64,000 bases of DNA from IMG/VR virus record IMGVR_UViG_3300042894_005670; one strand, 5' to 3'. How positions within the stretch are numbered: position 1 is the stretch's first letter; each line of letters opens with the position of its first letter. Position numbers and translations under genes: made by a program. This stretch comes from a virus. Below the pieces are notes generated by a model. That model was not told the DNA's origin and searched no databases. It worked only from the letters and a program-made list of their open reading frames with translations. Shown here in pieces: positions 21,202-29,483 of this stretch.

Positions 21202-21439
21202 TACTGTCCAATGACAATATTAGTAAACTGAGTTCTTCATCGTTACTAACTTGATAATAGTGTGTAGTTAAATAAAAATCATCTTCTAATTTGTAGACAG
21301 GGATAATTTGTTTGCCTGTTTTACTTTTATACCATTCTCTAGCATTTGGAAAAGTTAAAAATAAATTTTGATCATTGATGCAAGCTATCTCAAAATCTTT
21401 TTTAATTTGATGAAATTCATGTCTTGGTATTTCAAACAT
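21188..21439 (-). CDS. Hypothetical protein
   Basis: Start at MFEIPRH overlapping the upstream stop. Confidence 0.5.
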   Translation of the reverse strand: MFEIPRHEFHQIKKDFEIACINDQNLFLTFPNAREWYKSKTGKQIIPVYKLEDDFYLTTHYYQVSNDEELSLLILSLDSNETI

Positions 21440-21635
21440 CTTTACATAAATCTTTAAACATCTTTTTTCGACCATCAACTGTAAGTATATGATCAAATAT
21501 TTCAGTAGTACGTTGTAGCATTGCACATGCTAGCATGAGTTGATCATTATGATTCTCAGTCATAGCAAGGGCTGTATCAATAATAACCATCATATTACTC
21601 ATTTTCATTTCAGTAGGATCAATTAATTTACTCAT
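21432..21635 (-). CDS. Hypothetical protein
   Basis: 67-aa coupled ORF. Confidence 0.55.
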   Translation of the reverse strand: MSKLIDPTEMKMSNMMVIIDTALAMTENHNDQLMLACAMLQRTTEIFDHILTVDGRKKMFKDLCKDV

Positions 21636-22135
21636 TAGAACACCTGTTTATAATCTACAATTTCACAATTACGACTGATTTCTTTGACAAAATAGATACA
21701 ACGTGGTTTTTCATTGTTATCTATAGGTACACAAAGAAACTGTCCGTTTTTTAGCCTAGGGGCATACCATGTTACATCATGATATATGTCAATGATTTCA
21801 ATGTCAAGAAAAGTTGGTCTAAAACCACTTAATGGATTAAATTGAAACGCTTTAAATCCACGATCATTAATACTAGTAAGTGGCACAGTTTCTAGGTCAC
21901 CAAATTCAGGTTCGCCTATCAGTATTTGCCAATCTAGAGGCATCTTGATAATTTCATCTTGGATACGTAATACTAGCGCAGGACTGTTAAATGATTCTAA
22001 AAATATAAGTGGTATAAAAAAGTAATCAACTGCATTGGGATTACTATTATCTAATATAGCAAATCGTAAGTCATCAATTTCTTCAGGTAGATTCTCTAAA
22101 TTAAATTTTGTATCATCCAATAATAATATGTTCAT
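21635..22135 (-). CDS. Conserved hypothetical phage protein
   Basis: 166 aa coupled to UvsW; PLIFLESF motif. Confidence 0.65.
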   Translation of the reverse strand: MNILLLDDTKFNLENLPEEIDDLRFAILDNSNPNAVDYFFIPLIFLESFNSPALVLRIQDEIIKMPLDWQILIGEPEFGDLETVPLTSINDRGFKAFQFNPLSGFRPTFLDIEIIDIYHDVTWYAPRLKNGQFLCVPIDNNEKPRCIYFVKEISRNCEIVDYKQVF

Positions 22136-23589
22136 TTATAGTTCAACTTTTCCATTGTAAATGGATAATTCGCTTCTTTGTAAAATGACTTTCTCTGTGT
22201 CAAGTGACGTTTTGAAAATTTACAACTTGAAGTAATATCCCAAATTTGCACAAAGTCCTTATCCTCAGCTTTACGCAAACCACGTCCTATACTCTGTATA
22301 ACACGTACAAAACTCTTCCCAGGCTCAATAAACACCAAATTAAAAATCCTTGGTATATTAATACCCACTGCTGCTACACCATACGTTGCAATAATTATCT
22401 TTTCATCCTGTATAGCAACATCTTCATATTCTTCTTTACGCTTTTTATTACTTGTATTACCACTGACAAATACTGCGTTAGATAATCGTTTGGCTAATTC
22501 TTTTCCTGCAGTAATACGATCAACCAAGACTAGAGTATTACCACTTTCCACAATATTGTCAATAAGTTTAGCTATCATGTTTAAACGATCTTCTTGCTCT
22601 AGCAAATATTTTAATTCACTTTGGTAGGTTTTAAATTCAGCAAAATCTTGTAACTGCACGACATTGACATGACATGTTGCAAGAACGCCACGATCTTGCA
22701 AATCTGTTGCTGCTAACCTATTGATGACAGGACCGATACACGTAAACAATGCCTCTGACGCAAACTTTTCTTTTGGTATCGTACCTGTTAAACCCCATCG
22801 TATACATATTTTTGATAACGACCCACTTAACATTGCCTTTAAAATATCTGCTTTAGCCATGTGGCATTCATCAATCACTAACGCCACAACATCTTGTATG
22901 AACTCTTCTATGGTGATATCACCAACACCATCTTGAGTGTTTTTAATAATATTGTTCAAGCTTTGCCATGTAACAATAGTATGTTTATGTCCAAGCTCTT
23001 TTCTATCACCAAAGTATACACCAACATCTAAACTTAAATTTTTATAATCGTCTTCTGTTTGTGTAACTAATGATTTATTAGGAACGATAACAATGGTTCT
23101 ACCATATGGTTCGCAACGATTACTCAATGTTGCTGTGATAAGTGTTTTACCTGCGCCTGTAGCAACTTCCTGTACACATTGTGGATTGGATAAAAACTGA
23201 TTGGTAATGTCAATTTGATAATCACGTAAAATAACAGGCTCACCTGCCTTAGGATGACCTGTAGGCCATGTTGCACTTGAAAAAGTATGCTCATCAACCT
23301 TTTCAAAAGTAAACGATTGCCCATAATCACGTATATCGTCTAATTCAATGTCATAACCATTTTGCTCAAGATAGGGAACAATTTGATCTAATAAATTGAT
23401 GTAAGTAGCACCACCCAAAGTAAAGTATGATGTTTTACCATTCCATCGACCAAGCTTAACCATAGGCATAAACCTAGCCCCAGGTATCTCATACTCAAAT
23501 TGTTTCACTAGGTATTTTCGGTCATCAAGATGAAGTCCTTCTATTTTTGCATTGACTTCATCTTTTACAATAATTTTTGCAGTAGGCAT
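22132..23589 (-). CDS. uvsW: SF2 DNA helicase (UvsW-like)
   Basis: LRDYQ, ATGAGKT, DECH, GLTGT and QSIGRGLR. Confidence 0.9.
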   Translation of the reverse strand: MPTAKIIVKDEVNAKIEGLHLDDRKYLVKQFEYEIPGARFMPMVKLGRWNGKTSYFTLGGATYINLLDQIVPYLEQNGYDIELDDIRDYGQSFTFEKVDEHTFSSATWPTGHPKAGEPVILRDYQIDITNQFLSNPQCVQEVATGAGKTLITATLSNRCEPYGRTIVIVPNKSLVTQTEDDYKNLSLDVGVYFGDRKELGHKHTIVTWQSLNNIIKNTQDGVGDITIEEFIQDVVALVIDECHMAKADILKAMLSGSLSKICIRWGLTGTIPKEKFASEALFTCIGPVINRLAATDLQDRGVLATCHVNVVQLQDFAEFKTYQSELKYLLEQEDRLNMIAKLIDNIVESGNTLVLVDRITAGKELAKRLSNAVFVSGNTSNKKRKEEYEDVAIQDEKIIIATYGVAAVGINIPRIFNLVFIEPGKSFVRVIQSIGRGLRKAEDKDFVQIWDITSSCKFSKRHLTQRKSFYKEANYPFTMEKLNYK

Positions 23590-23598
23590 GGGTCTATA

Positions 23599-23637
23599 TA
23601 TTTATAAGTAGTATACCAATATTTTAAATACTGTCAA
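23599..23637 (-). promoter_or_regulatory. Tandem sigma70-type and T4-late-type promoters for uvsW
   Basis: TTGACA-N16-TATACT followed by TATAAATA on the minus strand. Confidence 0.75.
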
Positions 23638-23638
23638 T

Positions 23639-23670
23639 AAAAAAGGAGTAATTGGTTACCCAATTACCCC
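23639..23670 (-). terminator. Rho-independent terminator
   Basis: GGGGTAATTGG-GTAA-CCAATTACTCC-TTTTTT. Confidence 0.85.
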
Positions 23671-23690
23671 AAGTTACTACAGGAGATAAC

Positions 23691-24764
23691 TTAACGATCC
23701 TTGTACATTAGTGTACGTTCAACAACTTGCTTCCAACGATCACCCTTACGTACCATATAATCAGCTACATATACAAAGGTACGTAAACTAAAACTTTTAA
23801 ATCTAGTAGCATTAGTTTCAACATAGTCAAACAATTGATTAACTTGTTCAGTGGTTAAGTCAAAGTTAGCAAAGAACCCACCATCATCTTGCAAATCTTC
23901 ATGCAACTGCTTTGCACGTAGCACAATGTGTCTAGCTGAGGAACACTGTACTTCAATGGATTTCCAACGTGTTTCCATAGCTTGTAAGTGGTTCTTTAAA
24001 TTTGAGTCACGCATCTTATTTAAATCAAGGTTAGTGATAAAAATTAAACTACCCTTGAACACAAAACTCTCAGGAATATCTTCCCTACGTAATTGAGCAC
24101 TGTTTGAACGAATGTTAATTCGACGTTCACCCGTAGTGGCTAGTGCTGCTTTCAACAAGTTTAGCATCTCAGGGTTAAAAAAGATTGCATCACAGTCATC
24201 AAACACCGTGATATAATTTGCATCACTACCTTCGTACAAGATTTTATACAAATGCACAGGTGAATCACCTAATGAACCACGTATGATTTGAAACTTATCA
24301 CGTGAACCACCGACATTAGTAAATGTTGCGTAACGGTCAAGCACTGATTCTACGATATATGTTTTACCGCTACCACCTCCACCACAAATAAACAATCCAC
24401 CTTTTTCCTCACCACGTAGCATATCTTCAATATGCTCCTCAAGGTTTTCAAAATCTTCTCTAAACCACTGCTTGATTTGTTCATCAGTAGGTTCAGGCTT
24501 AGTTACAACAGGTTCGTCTGCTGTAAATTTTACAGGTGCTTTTTTAGGCACTGTAACAGTATTATTATCAGTTATTTCACAATTAGTTACCACAATAGTA
24601 GGTTTCTCCGAAATTTTTCCGCTTGGTTTCACCAACAAGCGATCTTTGTTTAGTACAACATATTCGTTAGGACGGGTACCTGGTTGGTGAATTTGAAACT
24701 TAGTACCGCTAGGAATAGGCTTATCAAAATACTGACCTTCAAACACAGTAATAAACTTGGGCAT
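23691..24764 (-). CDS. P-loop (AAA-like) ATPase
   Basis: GGGGSGKT, VFDDCD, NLLKAAL and IFITN motifs. Confidence 0.85.
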   Translation of the reverse strand: MPKFITVFEGQYFDKPIPSGTKFQIHQPGTRPNEYVVLNKDRLLVKPSGKISEKPTIVVTNCEITDNNTVTVPKKAPVKFTADEPVVTKPEPTDEQIKQWFREDFENLEEHIEDMLRGEEKGGLFICGGGGSGKTYIVESVLDRYATFTNVGGSRDKFQIIRGSLGDSPVHLYKILYEGSDANYITVFDDCDAIFFNPEMLNLLKAALATTGERRINIRSNSAQLRREDIPESFVFKGSLIFITNLDLNKMRDSNLKNHLQAMETRWKSIEVQCSSARHIVLRAKQLHEDLQDDGGFFANFDLTTEQVNQLFDYVETNATRFKSFSLRTFVYVADYMVRKGDRWKQVVERTLMYKDR

Positions 24765-24797
24765 CTTTAGCTCCGTTGTTTGTCAATCGATTTGAGT

Positions 24798-24826
24798 AGT
24801 ATAGCAGGGTGTTGAAACTTTGTCAA
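24798..24826 (-). promoter_or_regulatory. Sigma70-type early promoter
   Basis: TTGACA-N17-TATACT with near-extended -10. Confidence 0.85.
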
Positions 24827-25159
24827 CTAACGAATACTGTAAGGGTCAAGAAACACTCGTCCATCGTTAGTAACATACAAATACTCTACATTAGGAACAT
24901 TACCTATAGGGCGATAATAAGCGATTTCACCATCATGTCCATCTTCATCATAAAGTACATCGTAGCAATCAACTTGCTTAAAACGTACTTCTTTACCTGT
25001 ATGATGACTAGTTACAAAAAACTGTTGCGGGAATCTACCACCAAAATACGTATTAGATAAACTTAAAACTTTATTTGTTTTATCAAAGTCACAATATTGA
25101 AGGGGTATACGTTGAAGTTCCATACTTGCGTCCTTTGTTAAGATATAAGTATGATACAT
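24827..25159 (-). CDS. Hypothetical protein
   Basis: ORF track; start uncertain. Confidence 0.55.
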   Translation of the reverse strand: MYHTYILTKDASMELQRIPLQYCDFDKTNKVLSLSNTYFGGRFPQQFFVTSHHTGKEVRFKQVDCYDVLYDEDGHDGEIAYYRPIGNVPNVEYLYVTNDGRVFLDPYSIR

Positions 25160-25441
25160 CTAAATAAACACTTTTGTCAATACTTTCTTTTTCTGTGGTT
25201 TTAATGATACACTAAAATGTGTTGCTTGTTCTTTAGTCACAACTTTTTCGGCAAGATACTGATATTTTACTTTAACTTCAGCTTCTTTAAAAATCTGTCG
25301 CACCGTGTCTAATTTATCCACTGACACACGATAAAAACCATGTTGTAATAGATAATCAGCTAATTCTTTATCACCTGACAAACCAACTGCTTGCCATAAC
25401 GTAAAATTGTTTTTAATAGTTGATGCCTCAATATGTGCCAT
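25160..25441 (-). CDS. Hypothetical protein
   Basis: 93 aa with AGGAG upstream. Confidence 0.6.
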   Translation of the reverse strand: MAHIEASTIKNNFTLWQAVGLSGDKELADYLLQHGFYRVSVDKLDTVRQIFKEAEVKVKYQYLAEKVVTKEQATHFSVSLKPQKKKVLTKVFI

Positions 25442-25442
25442 T

Positions 25443-26099
25443 TTATGCTCCTGCCTTAGGTTTTAATAGTGAAAGTTCTTGATCCATGCTACGGTTGTGC
25501 TCGTTGCGTGGTCCTGTCCACACATTAGTCTTAGCTTCACCTGTTACACGATTAGCCCATAGTTCACAAAATGCGCTATGTGGGCTAGTATCGTACGTTT
25601 TACCGTTTTCATGACAGGTAAAAGTTCCATCTGCATTGACAGTAAAACTTACCCTAATAGGATTACAATTAGTATCATTTTTAGATTGGCTAAAGGTTTG
25701 TCCTGCTAATTCTGCCACACGATCACGTGATTTATTACTAGCAATAAATTTTACAGCAGCAGGTTCAAGCTCAGTTTGGTTAACATTTTGTTCACTTGCT
25801 CCGTATACTTCCATAAATTTTGATACACGCTCAACTAACATACCATCAGTATCTTCAAACCATTCACCTTGCATTCGTTCAGGCAATATAGCATGTAACA
25901 TTTTTTCAACTCTGCTCATACTATCCACTTGCCAATACTTAATCATGGTATAACCAATGGTAAACTTAGTACTGTTTAGTGCATTTTCTCTGCTTGGTAC
26001 GTTAATACTTTTGCCAACTTTTTTTTCAGTAAGTGAACTGATATCCTTACCGCTATAGTGATAATAGCCACCAACGTAAATATAACCTGAATCAGTCAT
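25443..26099 (-). CDS. GIY-YIG-like (T5orf172/MUG113) domain protein
   Basis: GYIYV, KVGKS, RE..LN, EKMLH and GEWF; start at MTDSG after GGAG. Confidence 0.75.
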   Translation of the reverse strand: MTDSGYIYVGGYYHYSGKDISSLTEKKVGKSINVPSRENALNSTKFTIGYTMIKYWQVDSMSRVEKMLHAILPERMQGEWFEDTDGMLVERVSKFMEVYGASEQNVNQTELEPAAVKFIASNKSRDRVAELAGQTFSQSKNDTNCNPIRVSFTVNADGTFTCHENGKTYDTSPHSAFCELWANRVTGEAKTNVWTGPRNEHNRSMDQELSLLKPKAGA

Positions 26100-26146
26100 A
26101 TGGGTAATCTCCATGTAAATTTTCGCTATTGTAGCAAAAAGATAAT

Positions 26147-26172
26147 AAAAAAGCACAGACTAGCTGTGCTTT
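26147..26172 (-). terminator. Rho-independent terminator
   Basis: AAAGCACAG-CTAGT-CTGTGCTTTTTT. Confidence 0.8.
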
Positions 26173-26194
26173 AATAGATTGAAATTATCCTAAA

Positions 26195-26473
26195 TTACTT
26201 TGTTTTGGTCATGCTTTGTGAAGCGTGGTTTACAAAGTTGTACATGGTTTCTGCAGTTTTAAGAACTTGCTCGATACCTGGAAACTGTGGCATACCAAGG
26301 GTTGTTGTAACAACACCTTTATCATCACGTTGTACGCTCATTTCCCAACCGTGAAATTTACTATGGTATTCCTCGCTGATAAGGTCTTTAGCCATTTTGA
26401 GGATTTCTGTACGGATTTCATAACCGTTTTTGTTGAATTTAACTTCAGTTTTTGGTAAATCAAAATTTGACAT
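26195..26473 (-). CDS. Conserved small phage protein
   Basis: KNGYEIRTEILKMAKD and AETMYNFV motifs; strong SD. Confidence 0.7.
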   Translation of the reverse strand: MSNFDLPKTEVKFNKNGYEIRTEILKMAKDLISEEYHSKFHGWEMSVQRDDKGVVTTTLGMPQFPGIEQVLKTAETMYNFVNHASQSMTKTK

Positions 26474-26502
26474 AATTTTCTCCTTGTGTGTGTATGTCTA
26501 TG

Positions 26503-26793
26503 TTAGGCTTTTTGTTCTGCACGATTTTGTGCAGTCCAGGCATCCCAACCTGCCTTATACCAATCAATACTAAACGGATTCATTATTTTTTCAATTTTTG
26601 TATGTAAAAACTCTCTATTACAAGTAGTGATAATATTTGTAGTAGTTTCTAGTGCAGTATTTAAAAATTTACTTTGAGCCTCAATGTAAATTAACATATT
26701 ATTTTTGAGGTCAGTGTGCTTGACATATTTTTCAACAAATTGCTTTTTAGCATTTTGTACACTGTCAATAAAAAGTGAAGGTTGATTAATCAT
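26503..26793 (-). CDS. Phasin-like amphipathic helical protein
   Basis: FIDSVQNAKKQFVE..YIEAQSKF..A helical pattern; cluster context; family call tentative. Confidence 0.45.
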   Translation of the reverse strand: MINQPSLFIDSVQNAKKQFVEKYVKHTDLKNNMLIYIEAQSKFLNTALETTTNIITTCNREFLHTKIEKIMNPFSIDWYKAGWDAWTAQNRAEQKA

Positions 26794-26876
26794 ATTGCAT
26801 TCCTTTCTGTGTATGTGTCTAAATTGAATACACCTAATGTGTACTCATATGTATTTATACAATAAAAGTTATTGTA

Positions 26877-27005
26877 TTACAATTTTTTAGGATGATGTGG
26901 GGTTAAGAAATCCCATTCTTCGCCAAGTACATATTGATGATTTAACTTTTCATCAATATAAGCAACAAGTGCTAACGAACCAAGTATAAAATAAGCTAAC
27001 ATCAT
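26877..27005 (-). CDS. Small membrane peptide (42 aa)
   Basis: Not in track: MMLAYFILGSLALVAYIDEKLNHQYVLGEEWDFLTPHHPKKL. Confidence 0.5.
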   Translation of the reverse strand: MMLAYFILGSLALVAYIDEKLNHQYVLGEEWDFLTPHHPKKL

Positions 27006-27006
27006 A

Positions 27007-27114
27007 TTACTTACCCATTAATTTTACTGCACTTTGCCATTTACCCCTACGTGTTAAATGACTAGCCAATAACCCTTCACACCAAACTTGGTACATTATT
27101 CTTAAAAAAGTCAT
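27007..27114 (-). CDS. Small basic amphipathic peptide (35 aa)
   Basis: Not in track: MTFLRIMYQVWCEGLLASHLTRRGKWQSAVKLMGK; ATGA coupling with GGAG. Confidence 0.55.
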   Translation of the reverse strand: MTFLRIMYQVWCEGLLASHLTRRGKWQSAVKLMGK

Positions 27115-27221
27115 TGCCATTCTCCACGATGTAAATGAAAGTATCTGCGAGCACGTGCTTTTCCACTTGCTTCTAACGCTTTAAATATTTTATAACCTAT
27201 ACTTGTTAAAAAACTAAACAT
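27111..27221 (-). CDS. Small basic amphipathic peptide (36 aa)
   Basis: Not in track: MFSFLTSIGYKIFKALEASGKARARRYFHLHRGEWQ; AAGGA SD. Confidence 0.55.
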   Translation of the reverse strand: MFSFLTSIGYKIFKALEASGKARARRYFHLHRGEWQ

Positions 27222-27225
27222 TTTG

Positions 27226-27396
27226 TTATTCCTTATGAGAACTATATTCAAACTCTTTGATGTAATTGTCAAGAGTAGCAGCATCTGTAATGCTTTTTGT
27301 GCTTAGGTAACGCTCCAAACGAGTTTGGTAACCATCTTTTGGAAACATTTCTGCTAAACGCTCAAGGATATTGAGCATAAACTGTGTAATAAACAT
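27226..27396 (-). CDS. DUF3563-like small protein (56 aa)
   Basis: Not in track: ...YQTRLERYLSTKSITDAATLDNYIKEFEY resembles the E.YL.S.D..DLE pattern; GGAG SD. Confidence 0.55.
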   Translation of the reverse strand: MFITQFMLNILERLAEMFPKDGYQTRLERYLSTKSITDAATLDNYIKEFEYSSHKE

Positions 27397-27427
27397 TTTC
27401 AATCTCCATGTGTATGTGTATCTATTT

Positions 27428-27452
27428 TATTTATATGCTGCAGTGCGTCAAA
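27428..27452 (-). promoter_or_regulatory. Late-type promoter TATAAATA adjacent to a PhaR-like TGC box
   Basis: Plus strand TATTTATA-TGCTGCAGTGCGTCAA. Confidence 0.45.
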
Positions 27453-27462
27453 GACTTGGGAT

Positions 27463-27485
27463 AAAAAAGGCACCGAAGTGCCTTT
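27463..27485 (-). terminator. Rho-independent terminator with cUUCGg loop
   Basis: AAAGGCAC-TTCG-GTGCCTTTTTT. Confidence 0.9.
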
Positions 27486-27702
27486 ATACTGTTTGATATA
27501 CTTCATCAAACTTATTCAACGCTAACTGTCTAGCTAACCATAACCTAAATTTAATTCTTGGTGATAATTCATTATTTTCTGTAACTATTTTAATTCTAGT
27601 AAGATTACGTCCTACACTATCATCAAATACAAAAATTTCATAATCTTCATCAAAGTCACTTTTAGGCGTAAGCGGTACGTCTTTTCGACGTGCTAGAATT
27701 AT
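27484..27702 (-). CDS. Start-less 72-codon frame; putative -1 frameshift extension of the upstream peptide
   Basis: IILARRKDVPLTPK...LSPRIKFRLWLARQLALNKFDEVYQTV; no ATG/GTG, only a TTG near its end; begins at A_AAA_AAA and ends at the terminator. Confidence 0.55.
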   Translation of the reverse strand: MILARRKDVPLTPKSDFDEDYEIFVFDDSVGRNLTRIKIVTENNELSPRIKFRLWLARQLALNKFDEVYQTV

Positions 27703-27836
27703 TTTTTTGCGTCTTTTTTATCGTCTTTCTTAGCTTCTGCTTTAGGAGCGTCTTTCTTTTCTTCTTTCTTTGCATCTGCTGCAAATGCGCTTACTGCAAA
27801 AAGTGCAGCAAATAAGGTTGCGAATAATTGTTTCAT
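27699..27836 (-). CDS. Secreted K/D/E/A-rich peptide (45 aa) with Sec signal
   Basis: Not in track: MKQLFATLFAALFAVSAFA|ADAKKEEKKDAPKAEAKKDDKKDAKK. Confidence 0.75.
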   Translation of the reverse strand: MKQLFATLFAALFAVSAFAADAKKEEKKDAPKAEAKKDDKKDAKK

Positions 27837-27849
27837 GATATTTCTTTAT

Positions 27850-27913
27850 AAAAAAATGCTCTCTAATCCTTACGGACTAAGTTAATATTTCGCAGAGCAA
27901 CTTAATATTAACT
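27850..27913 (-). ncRNA. Candidate structured leader RNA (pseudoknot plus U-tract)
   Basis: 10-bp P1, 6-bp pseudoknot P2 and GUAA-capped P3, followed by U7. Confidence 0.5.
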
Positions 27914-27927
27914 ATACTATTACTATT

Positions 27928-27954
27928 AACGCATGAGTAAACAAAAGGTTTACA
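27928..27954 (-). promoter_or_regulatory. ECF-sigma-type promoter
   Basis: TGTAAAC-N16-CGTT. Confidence 0.5.
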
Positions 27955-27970
27955 CAATAATTATTTATTT

Positions 27971-28135
27971 TTATCCACCACGACCACTTCTACGTACTAC
28001 AGTGGCATTACCAAATCCTTTACTTGGTTTGGTTGATGGTGGTTTAAACCCACCTTTTTGTGGAAATGGTTGTTTAGCCTTAGCTTCGTTAGCCATATTA
28101 ATAAATGGGTTTTTTGATTTTTTAGTCTCAGTCAT
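27971..28135 (-). CDS. Small basic K/G/P-rich protein (54 aa)
   Basis: Not in track: MTETKKSKNPFINMANEAKAK...GFGNATVVRRSGRGG; AAGGAG SD. Confidence 0.7.
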   Translation of the reverse strand: MTETKKSKNPFINMANEAKAKQPFPQKGGFKPPSTKPSKGFGNATVVRRSGRGG

Positions 28136-28547
28136 TGTTCTCTCCTTTAACAGATTTTAAGTATTCAGCAACACTACCATATAATAACATCATCGTACCA
28201 ATACGCTCATCATAAAATTTCACTTGAATATGGAATCTTTTAAGTAAAGTACCACTTAAAAATTCTATATAATATGGGCTTAAAATATACTTGTCTAAGT
28301 CAAGTAATGTTTTAGCATCTACCGCAGTGCGATAAGTTTTTATTCTATTATCTAAGTCCCACATTTTCACTGTAGTGCTGCTTATGTTAGCTTCGTTAAA
28401 GCACTTTTCACCATAATCAGACAGTCGCCACCCACCTTGAATACGTTGATCCATATACAATTTAATTGGGTGATATTGTTTTAAATTCGTGTCAATTAAT
28501 TGCAGAATTTTTTCTGCTACAGCTTCTCTATCAGTAGCTAGTGTCAT
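28128..28547 (-). CDS. Conserved hypothetical protein
   Basis: GWRLSDYG and LDLDK...PYY motifs. Confidence 0.65.
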   Translation of the reverse strand: MTLATDREAVAEKILQLIDTNLKQYHPIKLYMDQRIQGGWRLSDYGEKCFNEANISSTTVKMWDLDNRIKTYRTAVDAKTLLDLDKYILSPYYIEFLSGTLLKRFHIQVKFYDERIGTMMLLYGSVAEYLKSVKGENND

Positions 28548-28837
28548 TCGTCAGGATAAACTTTAGTTCCCTGATTCATAAACACCACTGAAAATTTAGT
28601 AGTCATAAATTGTTTATTTAATTTTCTGCAAAGATTTCTTGCATGGCCTGGGTTACTAAAGCTTGTTTTTTTGTATTTTGGCACAGCATTACTATCGTAA
28701 TGGTGGCTATTTTTTAAATTGATTGGTTGACCATCAAAGAAAATTGCCCAAATACCTGCTGCTTCTAATACTTGGTCAACTTTGTATGTTTTTTTGTCAA
28801 CCATTTCAACAAGAACTTTTGGTTGAGATCTAGACAT
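28544..28837 (-). CDS. Conserved hypothetical phage protein
   Basis: KYKKTSFSNPGHA.NL.RKLN motif. Confidence 0.7.
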   Translation of the reverse strand: MSRSQPKVLVEMVDKKTYKVDQVLEAAGIWAIFFDGQPINLKNSHHYDSNAVPKYKKTSFSNPGHARNLCRKLNKQFMTTKFSVVFMNQGTKVYPDE

Positions 28838-29028
28838 TAAAATTTACCCCCTGAAACTTGAACTTCAATAATTTCAAGACTATTATTTTTTTGTTCAAGT
28901 TTGTCTACAAGGAGTTTTGCTATTTCATCACGCAACAATTTTGCTTCACTTACAGGCATGATAAAATCACGTTTGCTAGTTGAATCAATAGAACTTACCT
29001 TGTCAATAAATCTTTTTATATTAACCAT
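28837..29028 (-). CDS. Hypothetical protein
   Basis: 63 aa, C-terminal GGKF; ATAAATA box upstream. Confidence 0.6.
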   Translation of the reverse strand: MVNIKRFIDKVSSIDSTSKRDFIMPVSEAKLLRDEIAKLLVDKLEQKNNSLEIIEVQVSGGKF

Positions 29029-29036
29029 ACTAGTAT

Positions 29037-29483
29037 TTATGCCTTTTTTGCCTCATCTTCAGTTAAAAAAGGTCCACTATACTCGTAGCGTTGTATAAAA
29101 ATATACTTTGGACAAAAAACTGTTTGCCAAACATCGTTCATTTTAATTTTAAAATATCCCGCAGCATGGTAACATTTACTCTTTTTTGATGTTGTATAAA
29201 CGTGTAACTTTCGTTTAACATCATACATATCATTGTATGTTTTTCCCTCAGTAGGCCATTTCGCAAAAGAAATATTATTATGGTGTTGTTTACGCTGTGG
29301 ACGTTCAAACTCAATTAATTTTGTTTTTTCAATAGATTTAAAATCATCAAAATGTGTGATTGAACCATCAATTTTTCTGAAATCAAAACCTGTACCACTT
29401 GCTTCTACATTACCGATTTTAGTAGTACCGTCTGTAACAACCCAAAACTGATTTTTAATAATTGGTTTAGCTTTTAGTATCAT
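29037..29483 (-). CDS. Conserved hypothetical phage protein
   Basis: SKCYHAAGY, FCPK and GPF motifs. Confidence 0.65.
   Translation of the reverse strand: MILKAKPIIKNQFWVVTDGTTKIGNVEASGTGFDFRKIDGSITHFDDFKSIEKTKLIEFERPQRKQHHNNISFAKWPTEGKTYNDMYDVKRKLHVYTTSKKSKCYHAAGYFKIKMNDVWQTVFCPKYIFIQRYEYSGPFLTEDEAKKA

Noticed and set aside
27933-28160. Plus-strand 75-aa ORF
   Set aside because: It is antisense to the better-supported minus-strand basic peptide and overlaps a promoter.
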